UHGV virus genome: UHGV-0864147
Length of the DNA stretch: 39,187 bases
Direction: 5' to 3' (one strand)
Source of the DNA: a virus
In this document: positions 1 to 8,477 of the stretch, piece by piece
Layout: the number at the start of each line of letters is the position of its first letter
Numbering within the stretch: the first letter of the stretch is position 1
Program-made: the position numbers and the translations under genes
Notes under the pieces: generated by a model
What the model was told of the DNA's origin: nothing
Seen by the model: only the letters and a program-made list of their open reading frames with translations
The model's database searches: none

Positions 1-435
1 TTGGCTAAAAAAGATGTTACATACGACAAAGTTAAGACTGGCGCGGAAAAAGACATCCAAGAGATGAAAGAAGAGATTATTCGATCAAAGAATAGTATGG
101 GGGAATTGACTGCTGAGTTGAAAGCTAAAGATGACGAATTGAGATCCGCCAGTGCTCAGTTAGCAGCTCTAAATCATTCATTAAAAGAGATATCGGAAAC
201 TCTTGGAAGAATGAATGAGGCATATAAGACCCTCCAAAATGATTTCGACGAATACAAACTCAAATACCCTGAAAAATCTCAAATAAAAAGCCTTGCACTT
301 GGCAACGGCCAAACAATTAGCAACTTTTTGGAGCAACACAACTTATCCGGATTAAAATCTGGTAAGCCAAACGTTTTTAATAACTTTGGTGTTCTATCTG
401 GATTATCAGGTTTCGAGGATAAAAATAAAGACTAA
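1..435 (+). CDS. C-terminal part of AT-rich moron ORF (predicted coiled-coil); likely continues from 38804..39187 if the genome is circular
   Basis: Open frame from window base 1 with stop at 433-435; heptad-like charged sequence; low GC relative to neighbours; frame is continuous with ORF at window end. Confidence 0.4.
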   Translation: MAKKDVTYDKVKTGAEKDIQEMKEEIIRSKNSMGELTAELKAKDDELRSASAQLAALNHSLKEISETLGRMNEAYKTLQNDFDEYKLKYPEKSQIKSLALGNGQTISNFLEQHNLSGLKSGKPNVFNNFGVLSGLSGFEDKNKD

Positions 436-1907
436 GCATATGGATCGTACTCGGTAAGCGCCTTGCCTTGCTGGTTCTGCTGCCCGGGAAGTCGCAGGCG
501 CTTTGACACCGGGAAAGCAAACGTCAGCAGTAGCGCATCGCCTTTACCAGGCGAACGCCCAAGCCGCTCCTTGATATCTTCCTTCGGTTCGATAACGATT
601 TTACCGTCCACTCGAACTTTGTACTCTGCCGCCGACAGATCGTCCGCTGTTTCCTGGTCATCCAGCATCCCGCCCAGCCTCAGCCATGTCTTGCATGAGT
701 TGAACATCTCCCCACGCTTGTTGAGCATCTGCGGGTCAGTAGACGCGCCACCGAACGGAACAAGTTGCCATGTACGACCCCAGCCGTCACCGATTGACTT
801 CAAACCGGTTCCGTAACCGAAGTCGATGAACACCGCGTCAGCCTGATACTGGTCTTCAAAGTCAGCGATACGCTTCGCCATAATCAGATCGTCGGTAGTC
901 TTGTTGCCAGTCCACAGCACCTTACTGTGTAGCCCCTGCCGCAGGTATATCACCGCGTCATCAACGCCTGAATATGCCGGGTCAACACCGATTATCACCG
1001 GAGCATGCGCCACCTGCGCAGCGGTTACCACCCGTTTCATTGCCTCATCAGTAAGACCGGTAGGGATAAACTGCAATTCAGATGCATCAGGGAATATGCC
1101 GCGCACACGGATTTTAACGAAGTCGCTGTCTTCCCCGTAGTCATCAACCCATTTCTGCAACTGCTGTTTGTTAGTACCTTCCACCGTCCGGCTGTCAATC
1201 TGCGCAGTTTTCCAGCGGTGTTTGTATTTGCGGAAACATTCGCGAAAACGCCCGGTATTACGTGTAGGGTTTCCGAACGCCACCCAGATAATCTCAGTGT
1301 CTTCGTCCGTAAGCGCACCCTCAGCAACTTCCCACACCAGATCCGCAATGTTCGACGCTTCATCGAATACCACGATGATGCGTTTACGCTCGTTGTGTAG
1401 TCCGGCGAATGCCTCAGTGTTGTGCTCAGACCAGGGGATTGCGTCAGCTCGCCACCGCTTGTCGTGCCCAGGATCATTGCTGTACATCGCAGTAGCGGTA
1501 CAGGTAAACCAGTCTTTCGTGATAGCAAGGTTCGACCACTTGATAATTTCCGGCCAGGTCTTCGTTCGTAGCTGGTTGTCGGTGTTGGCGGTCACCACGA
1601 CCTTACAATCCTCGCAAGTGGACATGCCCCAGTTGATCAGCATTGAGATGAATGCGGATTTACCAATACCGTGACCAGAAGCGCGTGCCAGCATAAGCGG
1701 CTGATAGCGCGTCTCTGGATTCTGCAGGTGATCACGTATCTCTCGGAACGCATCGGCCTGCCACTGACGTGGACCGGTAGCATGTGCCAGTTCAGTCCCC
1801 TCTTCCCCCCAAGGGAACGCATAGAGGGCATAGCCAAGCGGATCGTGAGTGAACCCTGCAATATCTTCGATTAACTGCTCTTCAGGAGATAACGCTGCAT
1901 CTGTCAC
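432..1907 (-). CDS. terL: terminase large subunit
   Basis: 491 aa; Walker A-like GHGIGKS, acidic VVFDEAS motif; immediately downstream of small subunit gene with 4-bp overlap. Confidence 0.85.
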   Translation of the reverse strand: MTDAALSPEEQLIEDIAGFTHDPLGYALYAFPWGEEGTELAHATGPRQWQADAFREIRDHLQNPETRYQPLMLARASGHGIGKSAFISMLINWGMSTCEDCKVVVTANTDNQLRTKTWPEIIKWSNLAITKDWFTCTATAMYSNDPGHDKRWRADAIPWSEHNTEAFAGLHNERKRIIVVFDEASNIADLVWEVAEGALTDEDTEIIWVAFGNPTRNTGRFRECFRKYKHRWKTAQIDSRTVEGTNKQQLQKWVDDYGEDSDFVKIRVRGIFPDASELQFIPTGLTDEAMKRVVTAAQVAHAPVIIGVDPAYSGVDDAVIYLRQGLHSKVLWTGNKTTDDLIMAKRIADFEDQYQADAVFIDFGYGTGLKSIGDGWGRTWQLVPFGGASTDPQMLNKRGEMFNSCKTWLRLGGMLDDQETADDLSAAEYKVRVDGKIVIEPKEDIKERLGRSPGKGDALLLTFAFPVSKRLRLPGQQNQQGKALTEYDPYA

Positions 1908-2536
1908 TGATTACCATCCTGACGTTCTTTGAGTCGCTTCCTGGCTGCCGCTATGCGATCAGCAATTGTCACATTCACATTAACATCCAGGCGCTCTTTG
2001 AACGCGTTAACGTCGACGTGCTTACCGATGAGCTCGAGGTTTTTCACCTTGTCGGGCCATTTCACCTTCTTCAGGATATGCTCGACATCCTCAACAGAGA
2101 GATCCGCCTCGCCATTCTCTTTTTGCAGAGAAGCCTGGGTCGTCTTGATGGTAGCGATATCCATAGCACTGAGAGAGGTACGCCAGACCTTCGGCCATTC
2201 AGCGATCGGCTTCATCCCGCCGTCATCGTTCAGGATATCCAGCACGTCCATCTGGTCGATTTCCACCAGGCGCAGCAGGACATAATCAGCACTGACGCGC
2301 AGGCGCTTGTTGCGCTCCTCCATCAGCTCGGCAATCCGTTTTTGAATGCGTTCATCGCGCATCATGACACTGGCTTTAACTGCCGCTGTATTTGGAGAGA
2401 ATCCTGCGTTAATCGCTGCCTGAGTCTGGTTTTCAGGCGTTTTGATGTATGACTGGCAATAAGCCTCCTGCATTGCTGTTAGTGGCTTAAATTGCGTTGA
2501 TTTGCGTTTATAGGTTTTAGGTTCAGCAGGCATCAT
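1904..2536 (-). CDS. terS: terminase small subunit
   Basis: Translation contains AINAGFSPNTAAVKAS typical of small terminase DNA-binding domain; track ORF starts at TTG 2614, ATG at 2534-2536 preferred (GGTGG upstream). Confidence 0.65.
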   Translation of the reverse strand: MMPAEPKTYKRKSTQFKPLTAMQEAYCQSYIKTPENQTQAAINAGFSPNTAAVKASVMMRDERIQKRIAELMEERNKRLRVSADYVLLRLVEIDQMDVLDILNDDGGMKPIAEWPKVWRTSLSAMDIATIKTTQASLQKENGEADLSVEDVEHILKKVKWPDKVKNLELIGKHVDVNAFKERLDVNVNVTIADRIAAARKRLKERQDGNQ

Positions 2537-2568
2537 AACCACCGTGGTAATAGTTACCGTTGTGGTAA
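2536..2568. promoter_or_regulatory. tandem TTACC-N5-GGTAA-type sites in terS leader
   Basis: Sites 2536-2550 (TAACC/GGTAA) and 2554-2568 (perfect). Confidence 0.4.
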
Positions 2569-2578
2569 TAGTACCATG

Positions 2579-2605
2579 CAAAATAAAGCCGCCATAGTTG
2601 GCGGC
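2579..2605 (-). terminator. intrinsic terminator-like hairpin upstream of terS
   Basis: GCCGCC AACTAT GGCGGC followed by TTTATTTTG on minus strand. Confidence 0.5.
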
Positions 2606-2646
2606 AGTATTCAAAACCCATCAAATTCATCATGCATAATCTACTC

Positions 2647-2658
2647 GTGACATGTCAC
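2647..2658. repeat. 12-bp perfect palindrome GTGACATGTCAC (copy 1)
   Basis: Identical to copy at 21599-21610; overlaps a minus-strand stop codon. Confidence 0.6.
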
Positions 2659-3002
2659 ACTATTAATTTCGTTTCATGCCAGCCTTTAGTCACCCAGCAT
2701 TGCGAGTCACCATTACACGGGCATGAATTAACTGGAACTCTCTCGCCGCACTTACCGCAACGTTTTCTGCTGATCGATTTTATACGCCCGCGCACACGTG
2801 CATCATCCTGGCGGATCAGCAGCGCGATGTACTCGGCCATTTCATAGGGATCGCGACCAGGGCGCCGGGCGGCGCAGTTCCGCGCCAGCATTTCCTGCTC
2901 CTGCTTATCCAGCACCAGTTCAATTTTGCGCTCACCGGCGGCGGACTGCCGAGCGCGCTGCGCGGCTTTGCGTTCTGCGGGGGATTTAGCCACGAATCGC
3001 AC
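2655..3002 (-). CDS. hypothetical Cys-rich protein (CGKCG...CPCNG zinc-ribbon-like C-terminus), candidate late-gene regulator
   Basis: 115 aa ORF directly upstream of terminator plus terS; GTG start overlapping stop of upstream small ORF. Confidence 0.4.
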   Translation of the reverse strand: MRFVAKSPAERKAAQRARQSAAGERKIELVLDKQEQEMLARNCAARRPGRDPYEMAEYIALLIRQDDARVRGRIKSISRKRCGKCGERVPVNSCPCNGDSQCWVTKGWHETKLIV

Positions 3003-3108
3003 TCCACGCCAGATTGATTAATGACTCCCAGGTAATATAAACCCGGATACCAGCAGCCAGGCCGAAACCAATCACCATGGCATAAAGCAGAGCGTTGCAC
3101 TTGTTCAT
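2986..3108 (-). CDS. small hydrophobic peptide (40 aa)
   Basis: Not in ORF track; ATG at 3106-3108 preceded by GGAGGTGAAG; translation MNKCNALLYAMVIGFGLAAGIRVYITWESLINLAWSAIRG. Confidence 0.3.
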   Translation of the reverse strand: MNKCNALLYAMVIGFGLAAGIRVYITWESLINLAWSAIRG

Positions 3109-3947
3109 CACTTCACCTCCTGCGGCGGTTCTGGTAGCGGCATCCAGTGAGTTACGTCATCCAAGATATTTCCTGATAAATACGTGAAAGCTCTATATTT
3201 TTTGTAATCAATTGGATTTACAACCCAGTTCCAATATGCGGCCACGATTTCACCTTGACTAAATGCCAGTAACATTTTGGTGTCTTCCGGCATTCGCTCA
3301 CTACAGCTTATCCAACCATCCGGAGTTACCGGATAGTTGCCATTCACAAGGTCAGCTCGAACATATAGTGTGTCATCATGGTGCTGATTGTGGCTGCACC
3401 ACGTTAATTCGCTTAACTCGCCATCTTCTGGCCATACTCCAGCTGTTTGCAGCCAGATATGGGCTGGCGCATCTTGGCAAGGTGTATTAACTGGCAACTT
3501 GTAAGTTTGGCTTACAGGTTCAGCACCATGAAGCATGGCGTCGCTCCGCTCTATGCCATCCAGCGCGATTCGCAGTGCCTGAATTGTGGTAGAGCTATCG
3601 TTTGGGGCTATTCCATATCGCTCGAATACAGCTAAATGGTTGCGCATAATCTCAGGCGTAAGCTCTTTGTAAGCATAAGCAAGAGGCTCTGATGCATTAT
3701 CCGGCACAACCGACGCAGGCGCGGCAGCATAAACAGGAATAACGTCCGCTTGCTCTTTATTGCTTTCATCCGTTAAAGCCCAGAATAATTTCCCGGCCGG
3801 ATGTTTGAAAATATAAGCAACTGGTTCTGCTTCCAGCGATGCCAGTGCAATTTCATAAGCACGGCGCTCAATATTGTCTCGAACGTCCAAGCTGCCTATG
3901 CGCTCTTTGATTTCTTTAATCAGTTCTTTGTCGGTAAAAGTGGTCAT
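3108..3947 (-). CDS. hypothetical protein with DUF551-like C-terminus (WMPLPEPP)
   Basis: ATG at 3945-3947 preceded by AAGGAG; track gives longer 3108..3989 version. Confidence 0.5.
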   Translation of the reverse strand: MTTFTDKELIKEIKERIGSLDVRDNIERRAYEIALASLEAEPVAYIFKHPAGKLFWALTDESNKEQADVIPVYAAAPASVVPDNASEPLAYAYKELTPEIMRNHLAVFERYGIAPNDSSTTIQALRIALDGIERSDAMLHGAEPVSQTYKLPVNTPCQDAPAHIWLQTAGVWPEDGELSELTWCSHNQHHDDTLYVRADLVNGNYPVTPDGWISCSERMPEDTKMLLAFSQGEIVAAYWNWVVNPIDYKKYRAFTYLSGNILDDVTHWMPLPEPPQEVK

Positions 3948-3948
3948 C

Positions 3949-4506
3949 TCACTCTCCTTTGATGCGAATGCCAGCGGCGCGGGAATCATTCCATCGCTTT
4001 ACTTCTTCACGAATTACGTCAATGCATTCTTTCGAATCCATTAGGTAATCTTCATCAAAAAGACGTTCCTGTTCGTTTTCTATCGCAACAATGATTGCTT
4101 CAACTAATTTTTGTGCCTGAGAATCACTTTCTAACTCTGCTATGCGCTTACTCCCATCCGAGATAACACCTTCGTAATACTCACGCTGCTCGTTAAGTTT
4201 TGATTTTGTCTCCTCAAGCTCTACACGCAGCTTCCCTACCGTTAGCGCAATATCCTCGTTCTCCTGGTCGCGGCGTTTGATGTATTGCTGGTTCCTTTCC
4301 CGTTCATCCAGTAGTGCCAGCACGGTTTCTGGTCCGGCCAGAAATTTGAAGGCGTTGAGCGCATCAATATCCACACCGTAATCTTTAAGTTCTTGTTCAC
4401 TTAACAAATCATCATCAACTGGCAACATTAACAGGCGTTCCATTGCCGGAATTGCACGCTCTGCCGCCTCACGCAGTGCCTGATAGTCAATTGTCATTCT
4501 CGCCAT
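3949..4506 (-). CDS. Ead/Ea22-like coiled-coil protein
   Basis: 185 aa, acidic coiled-coil, N-terminus MARMTIDYQALREAAE resembles Ead/Ea22 family of lambdoid phages (recalled, unverified). Confidence 0.45.
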   Translation of the reverse strand: MARMTIDYQALREAAERAIPAMERLLMLPVDDDLLSEQELKDYGVDIDALNAFKFLAGPETVLALLDERERNQQYIKRRDQENEDIALTVGKLRVELEETKSKLNEQREYYEGVISDGSKRIAELESDSQAQKLVEAIIVAIENEQERLFDEDYLMDSKECIDVIREEVKRWNDSRAAGIRIKGE

Positions 4507-5138
4507 CCTTCACAGTTGTAATCACTACAGCCTTCAAAATCATATGGGCTGTACTGCCAGGTTATTTTTCCGCAATGCGGACAATTCCAACGCACCTTCC
4601 CGCTTCGCGACTTCTTTCTTCTGTTCTGCTCTTTCAACCAGTCAGGCATGACCAAACCTGCGCCCTGAACCATTGTTCTGCGGTTAAAGTTATTGATATT
4701 GAACGTCAGACGCTTGGCTGCATCAGCAATGGAAAATGGCAACCAAACTATTCCTGGTTCGTTTTTGTTGGCGACGCTAAAGATGGTCGCTTTACTGAAG
4801 TCATCTGTTGGCAATCCACCGTTTTGAAGCCAGTAAACATCGTTGCCGTTCCAGCTACCTTTTTTGTAGGCCACATACGCAGTGCAATCTGACTCAATCA
4901 GGCTTTCTGTAGGGATGTACTGGCAATCAACGTGCCACACTGCCATTGCATCCACGCTATCAGCGCAAACAGGCTGATCGATATCTCGCCCACAATTCCA
5001 GGCTTTTTGGGCTTCTTCCAGCGTGTAAACATGAGCGCGATCGATATCAGAACTGTAACCATTACCGTTATGGCAATGGAATGAAGCGTTATTGCCCACA
5101 GTTTCACGCGAGCACATCATGTAAAAACGGTTAGTCAC
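4494..5138 (-). CDS. hypothetical Cys-rich protein
   Basis: 214 aa ORF in operon context; multiple Cys/His clusters (CPHCG, CEGW). Confidence 0.45.
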   Translation of the reverse strand: MTNRFYMMCSRETVGNNASFHCHNGNGYSSDIDRAHVYTLEEAQKAWNCGRDIDQPVCADSVDAMAVWHVDCQYIPTESLIESDCTAYVAYKKGSWNGNDVYWLQNGGLPTDDFSKATIFSVANKNEPGIVWLPFSIADAAKRLTFNINNFNRRTMVQGAGLVMPDWLKEQNRRKKSRSGKVRWNCPHCGKITWQYSPYDFEGCSDYNCEGWRE

Positions 5139-5602
5139 TGGTTGCCTCCTTTACGAAGCTGGGCGACGAACTCGTTAAGTGATATGTAGCAATCTCCAAA
5201 TGTTAACGAACCGCTCGACCGCATATGCTCCATAGCCATATCCACGCCCTGCGCCCGTACTTCAGCCAGGAAAGCGTCGGTGGCTGGGGTGTCAACACGG
5301 ATGCTGTCGCGCAAGATGAAAAATGCATTGAGCATTCCAGTCTCTGGCACTTCATCCTGATGCTTCTCATACGCATCAAGAGCCTTCATCATCTCATGTC
5401 CGAATGGTTGAGGGTGCGCAGACTTCAGCCCCGCACTCTCCGCTGCCAGCGCATTAGCACGCACCAGTTGCACTTCCAGTTGCGTTGCCAAATCGCTGAG
5501 CAGCTTTGCCACACTACGCATATCAACGGCACCACATTCAGCTTTCAGTTCCGAAGCCATCTCATGCCCGGCGGAAACTAACCCTTTGATATTACTTTCC
5601 AT
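5135..5602 (-). CDS. hypothetical protein
   Basis: 155 aa ORF, 4-bp overlap with downstream gene. Confidence 0.45.
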   Translation of the reverse strand: MESNIKGLVSAGHEMASELKAECGAVDMRSVAKLLSDLATQLEVQLVRANALAAESAGLKSAHPQPFGHEMMKALDAYEKHQDEVPETGMLNAFFILRDSIRVDTPATDAFLAEVRAQGVDMAMEHMRSSGSLTFGDCYISLNEFVAQLRKGGNQ

Positions 5603-5663
5603 CTTTACCCTCGCTTATCCACATAACTTATTGATTACATTGATAACTAAAAAGATCGTCGAT

Positions 5664-6011
5664 TCAGAACTCTTCGATGTTCCAGCCGCCACCTGCTTTC
5701 TTTGGTTTAACCGTTACCCCGATGATTCGGAACGGATACTGATCTGCGGCTACTTTGGTTTTCACCCTGGCGTCGTCGGTCCAGAATCCCCCTTTCACTT
5801 CGTGCAGTTCCATCTCTCCGGTGGCGAGCATCACAGCGAAATCGGGCGTATAGAACGTGTTGTCAGCTAACCGCAGCTTAATACCCTCGAATCGATACCA
5901 GGCGATTTCCCCTGCACGTTTACGCTGCTCAAGGTGCTGGCAATACGCAGATTCTGTTTTGTTCATCTGGCCTGTTTTGAGTCGACCAAGAGCCTGTATC
6001 TGTTTTCTCAT
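5664..6011 (-). CDS. hypothetical protein (DUF1064-like, recalled)
   Basis: 115 aa; start codon 4 bp from TTACC-N5-GGTAA site whose half-site supplies the SD. Confidence 0.45.
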   Translation of the reverse strand: MRKQIQALGRLKTGQMNKTESAYCQHLEQRKRAGEIAWYRFEGIKLRLADNTFYTPDFAVMLATGEMELHEVKGGFWTDDARVKTKVAADQYPFRIIGVTVKPKKAGGGWNIEEF

Positions 6012-6014
6012 GAT

Positions 6015-6091
6015 TTACCTCTAAGGTAATTAAAAACCACATAAGACACGAAATCAATAGATTTTAGAATATTTTATTACCCAACAGGTAA
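6015..6091. promoter_or_regulatory. two TTACC-N5-GGTAA sites (6015-6029, 6077-6091)
   Basis: Perfect inverted repeats in intergenic gap inside replication operon. Confidence 0.45.
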
Positions 6092-6128
6092 TTATCAAGA
6101 CGTAAAAAAATGCGCTATCGCGCTGGTA

Positions 6129-6929
6129 TTACTTGATAAATCCTGCCGCCTTTCCCCGCCTGTATTCCTCCATCAGCCACTGCGCCGGTGTTATTCCCCC
6201 AAGGGTGGCGGCGTTAGGCATGCACCCGAAACTTCGCCCTGGTGGATGGTAAACGTCTCTCCCTGTGTCCGGAGGTGTACTCATGGGCTCTCGCTTTGCC
6301 TGTATGCTGATCACCGGATCGGGTATCTGCTGTCCGGAAGCTACCTTTTTCGCCCAATCATCGAGCAGCCTGCGCGCGTGTTTCTCAACCTCAATCTCGC
6401 TAAGCTGGCGCTGATACATTGCACGGCGGGTATCACATACGACCCAGTACATAACCGGATGTCGCCACGGGAATCTTTCGGGACCACCAGGATATAAACT
6501 TTTTTCCTTGCTGTACCGGTGAAACTCCGCCATCACATCGTCAATGGTGACGCCAAGAACCATCTTGCTGTCTTTACACCACTTGATGAATTGCCCTGGC
6601 GACGGCCAGAACGGAGACTCACTGGCGCGGGCGTGGCGCATACCAGCAGAAACCTGTTCACGGGTTCGGATCCCCCCTTCGGCAAACGCAGCAATCCACT
6701 GCTGTTTTGCAGCAACTTCCTGCTCTGGCGTCTTCAGGTTGGTTACCACTGCCGCCGGAAACAGTTGTTTCAGCTGTTTGAAAAGGGCATCAACAAGCCT
6801 CTCTGCTGACATGTTCACCACGTTGTCATTGTTGGTGTACTGATGCTCATAACCTGACATGCGAGAAAGGGCTTCTCCGTCACGGTTTTGTATCGCGGTA
6901 AAAACGTTGTTCACAAGAAATCCTCCCAT
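6129..6929 (-). CDS. replication protein P-like (DnaB helicase loader)
   Basis: Segment QQWIAAFAEGGIRTREQVSAGMRHARASESPFWPSPGQFIKWCK closely parallels lambda P. Confidence 0.75.
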   Translation of the reverse strand: MGGFLVNNVFTAIQNRDGEALSRMSGYEHQYTNNDNVVNMSAERLVDALFKQLKQLFPAAVVTNLKTPEQEVAAKQQWIAAFAEGGIRTREQVSAGMRHARASESPFWPSPGQFIKWCKDSKMVLGVTIDDVMAEFHRYSKEKSLYPGGPERFPWRHPVMYWVVCDTRRAMYQRQLSEIEVEKHARRLLDDWAKKVASGQQIPDPVISIQAKREPMSTPPDTGRDVYHPPGRSFGCMPNAATLGGITPAQWLMEEYRRGKAAGFIK

Positions 6930-7726
6930 GCTTCAGGGCTGTTCCAGTGCGGAACGTTGTTATCAGGTAATGTTGATTGCTTCTGTCTGCTAATCTGCAG
7001 CCGCCTTGCCAGCTTCTGCTCCCACTGTGCCTGATGGTATGCCTTACCCTCAGCCATCCAGTAAATTCTGAACTCTGCAAGTTCCTGTGCCGTTGGCAGA
7101 CTGTCCAGGTAGATCCCCTGCAATGAGCTTTTCCGAAGAAAGTCATCTGATGGCTGCCATTGTTCATGCATGACAAATTTGCCTAATTGCCCTGGCCCAC
7201 CAGGAGGAACAAAGTTATTCATCACGGCGTTGTTTGCGCCGGGGTCATGATGCACAGAATCCCCGTTTTTTGTCCTGCTCTCCCTCTCTTGGTTAAATGA
7301 CTGGTTATATGACTGGTTCTGGATCCCGTTTTTGGGATCATTCAACATCCCGTTTTTGGGATCATTCAACATCCCGTTTTTGGGTATATTCCCGTTTTCG
7401 GTAACATTACCGTTTTCGGGTTCATTGCCCCCCTCTCGGTTGCCTTTAATGTTCCCGTTTTTGGTTATATTAAGAGAGAAAACCCGCACTCTTTTTGTCG
7501 CTCCCTTTCTCTCTCCGGTATCTGAAATAAGCCCCATTTTCATGAGCGATATAAGCCCGGCCTGCACGGTTTTTTTATTCAGGCAAGTGTCTTTAACGAG
7601 GCGTTCTATGCTGGGGTAGCAGAGGTTATATTCATCGGCTCTGTCAGCCATCGAGAGCAGTATGAGCTTTAATGATGAGCTACCTGGATCTGTCTCCCAG
7701 GCCCAATCTGTTGCATGTCTGCTCAT
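6911..7726 (-). CDS. replication initiator (O-like, N-terminal winged HTH) with internal Asn/Gly-rich repeat
   Basis: N-terminal HTH-like region, repeated NGN/KNGMLNDP peptide encoded by tandem DNA repeats, gene overlaps P-like gene. Confidence 0.65.
   Translation of the reverse strand: MSRHATDWAWETDPGSSSLKLILLSMADRADEYNLCYPSIERLVKDTCLNKKTVQAGLISLMKMGLISDTGERKGATKRVRVFSLNITKNGNIKGNREGGNEPENGNVTENGNIPKNGMLNDPKNGMLNDPKNGIQNQSYNQSFNQERESRTKNGDSVHHDPGANNAVMNNFVPPGGPGQLGKFVMHEQWQPSDDFLRKSSLQGIYLDSLPTAQELAEFRIYWMAEGKAYHQAQWEQKLARRLQISRQKQSTLPDNNVPHWNSPEAWEDFL
7325..7474. repeat. iteron-like tandem repeats (putative ori) inside O-like gene
   Basis: Exact 24-bp tandem duplication at 7325-7348 and 7349-7372 plus four further CCCGTTTTYGG copies. 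Confidence 0.5.
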
Positions 7727-7741
7727 GATTAATCTCCGCTA

Positions 7742-8005
7742 TCAGCTTGAATGTTGTGGGGAGGAATTAATCATGATCTGCTTAATCTCAGCCCTGATGC
7801 GACGGTTTGATTCCATGGTGCACTCAACACAGTGTCCGTTGTAAACCCAACGTTCACTGTCATGTCCGTGCTTACATGGTTTTCCGGTGTAGTAGCGTTT
7901 AAGTCCGCGCTTTGCGGCATCAATACGTGTAATGATTTCCATGGTAAGCCCTGTTATTAGTATTGGGATTACGGTCATTTTGTGCTGACACAAAAAAAAG
8001 ATCAA
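7742..8005 (-). CDS. hypothetical small Cys/His-rich protein at cII-equivalent position
   Basis: 87 aa ORF downstream of Cro-like gene and terminator; CKHGH...CVEC motif. Confidence 0.35.
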   Translation of the reverse strand: MIFFLCQHKMTVIPILITGLTMEIITRIDAAKRGLKRYYTGKPCKHGHDSERWVYNGHCVECTMESNRRIRAEIKQIMINSSPQHSS

Positions 8006-8022
8006 CCAGATTTGGTTTTTTA

Positions 8023-8037
8023 TTACCTTTGAGGTGC
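8023..8037. promoter_or_regulatory. degenerate TTACC-N5-GGTGC site
   Basis: Between terminator and cII-position gene. Confidence 0.3.
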
Positions 8038-8044
8038 GAATAGA

Positions 8045-8071
8045 TATGAAAAGACCGCCGGGTGGCGGTCT
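8045..8071 (-). terminator. tR1-like terminator after Cro-like gene
   Basis: AGACCGCC ACCC GGCGGTCT followed by TTTTCATA on minus strand. Confidence 0.55.
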
Positions 8072-8092
8072 ACAGAGGGTTGTGGCTGGATA

Positions 8093-8323
8093 TCATGAGT
8101 AGAAGAAGTATGCCAGTTCTGCTTTTGAGCGCAGCCATTGTCTTGTTTTACAGGCTTTAAAAAGCCCATTCATCAATACTTTACCTGGCATTTTGCGCTT
8201 ACCTGTTAAGTGAGTCTGGATATAGTGACTCGTCGTTCCGGCTTCCTGTGCGAAGGCTTCACGCTCATCCGGAGTAAGTGCAAGCCAGTGCTTTTTGAAA
8301 TCGAAATGTCCGTTATCGCTCAT
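8093..8323 (-). CDS. Cro-like HTH regulator
   Basis: 76 aa, divergent from repressor gene across operator cluster, followed by terminator. Confidence 0.5.
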   Translation of the reverse strand: MSDNGHFDFKKHWLALTPDEREAFAQEAGTTSHYIQTHLTGKRKMPGKVLMNGLFKACKTRQWLRSKAELAYFFYS

Positions 8324-8348
8324 AGCTATTGCCTGATATTTATTTCAG

Positions 8349-8377
8349 ATAATAAATATTCACCCATAAGGTAACAA
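8349..8377 (-). promoter_or_regulatory. PR-like promoter for Cro-like gene
   Basis: Minus-strand -35 TTGTTA and -10 TATTAT with 17-bp spacer, overlapped by operator site. Confidence 0.4.
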
Positions 8378-8422
8378 AAATCAAGGATAGTTACCTATGG
8401 GGTGCATTTACCTGTTGGGTAA
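8360..8422. promoter_or_regulatory. OR-like operator cluster (three TTACC-N5-GGTAA-type sites at 8360-8374, 8391-8405, 8408-8422)
   Basis: Between divergent repressor and Cro-like genes; one perfect and two degenerate inverted repeats. Confidence 0.55.
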
Positions 8423-8477
8423 TATTGCTTTAAATTGAATCATCTACTGATTCATATACGAGGCGATTTTCCAGAAA

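Noticed and set aside
463-1874. Several plus-strand ORFs (463..816, 901..1140, 1005..1400, 1168..1674, 1671..1874)
   Set aside because: All lie antisense within the terminase large subunit gene, which has clear conserved motifs; treated as shadow ORFs.
7321-7474. Tandem repeats as a possible CRISPR array
   Set aside because: Repeats are contiguous with no spacers, degenerate, and sit in frame inside a coding gene; better explained as iterons or a repetitive linker.
7742-8323. Cro-like gene plus downstream small gene as a YdaS/YdaT-type toxin-antitoxin pair
   Set aside because: A terminator and operator site separate the two genes and the second is too short and Cys/His-rich; lambdoid cro/cII-position interpretation preferred.
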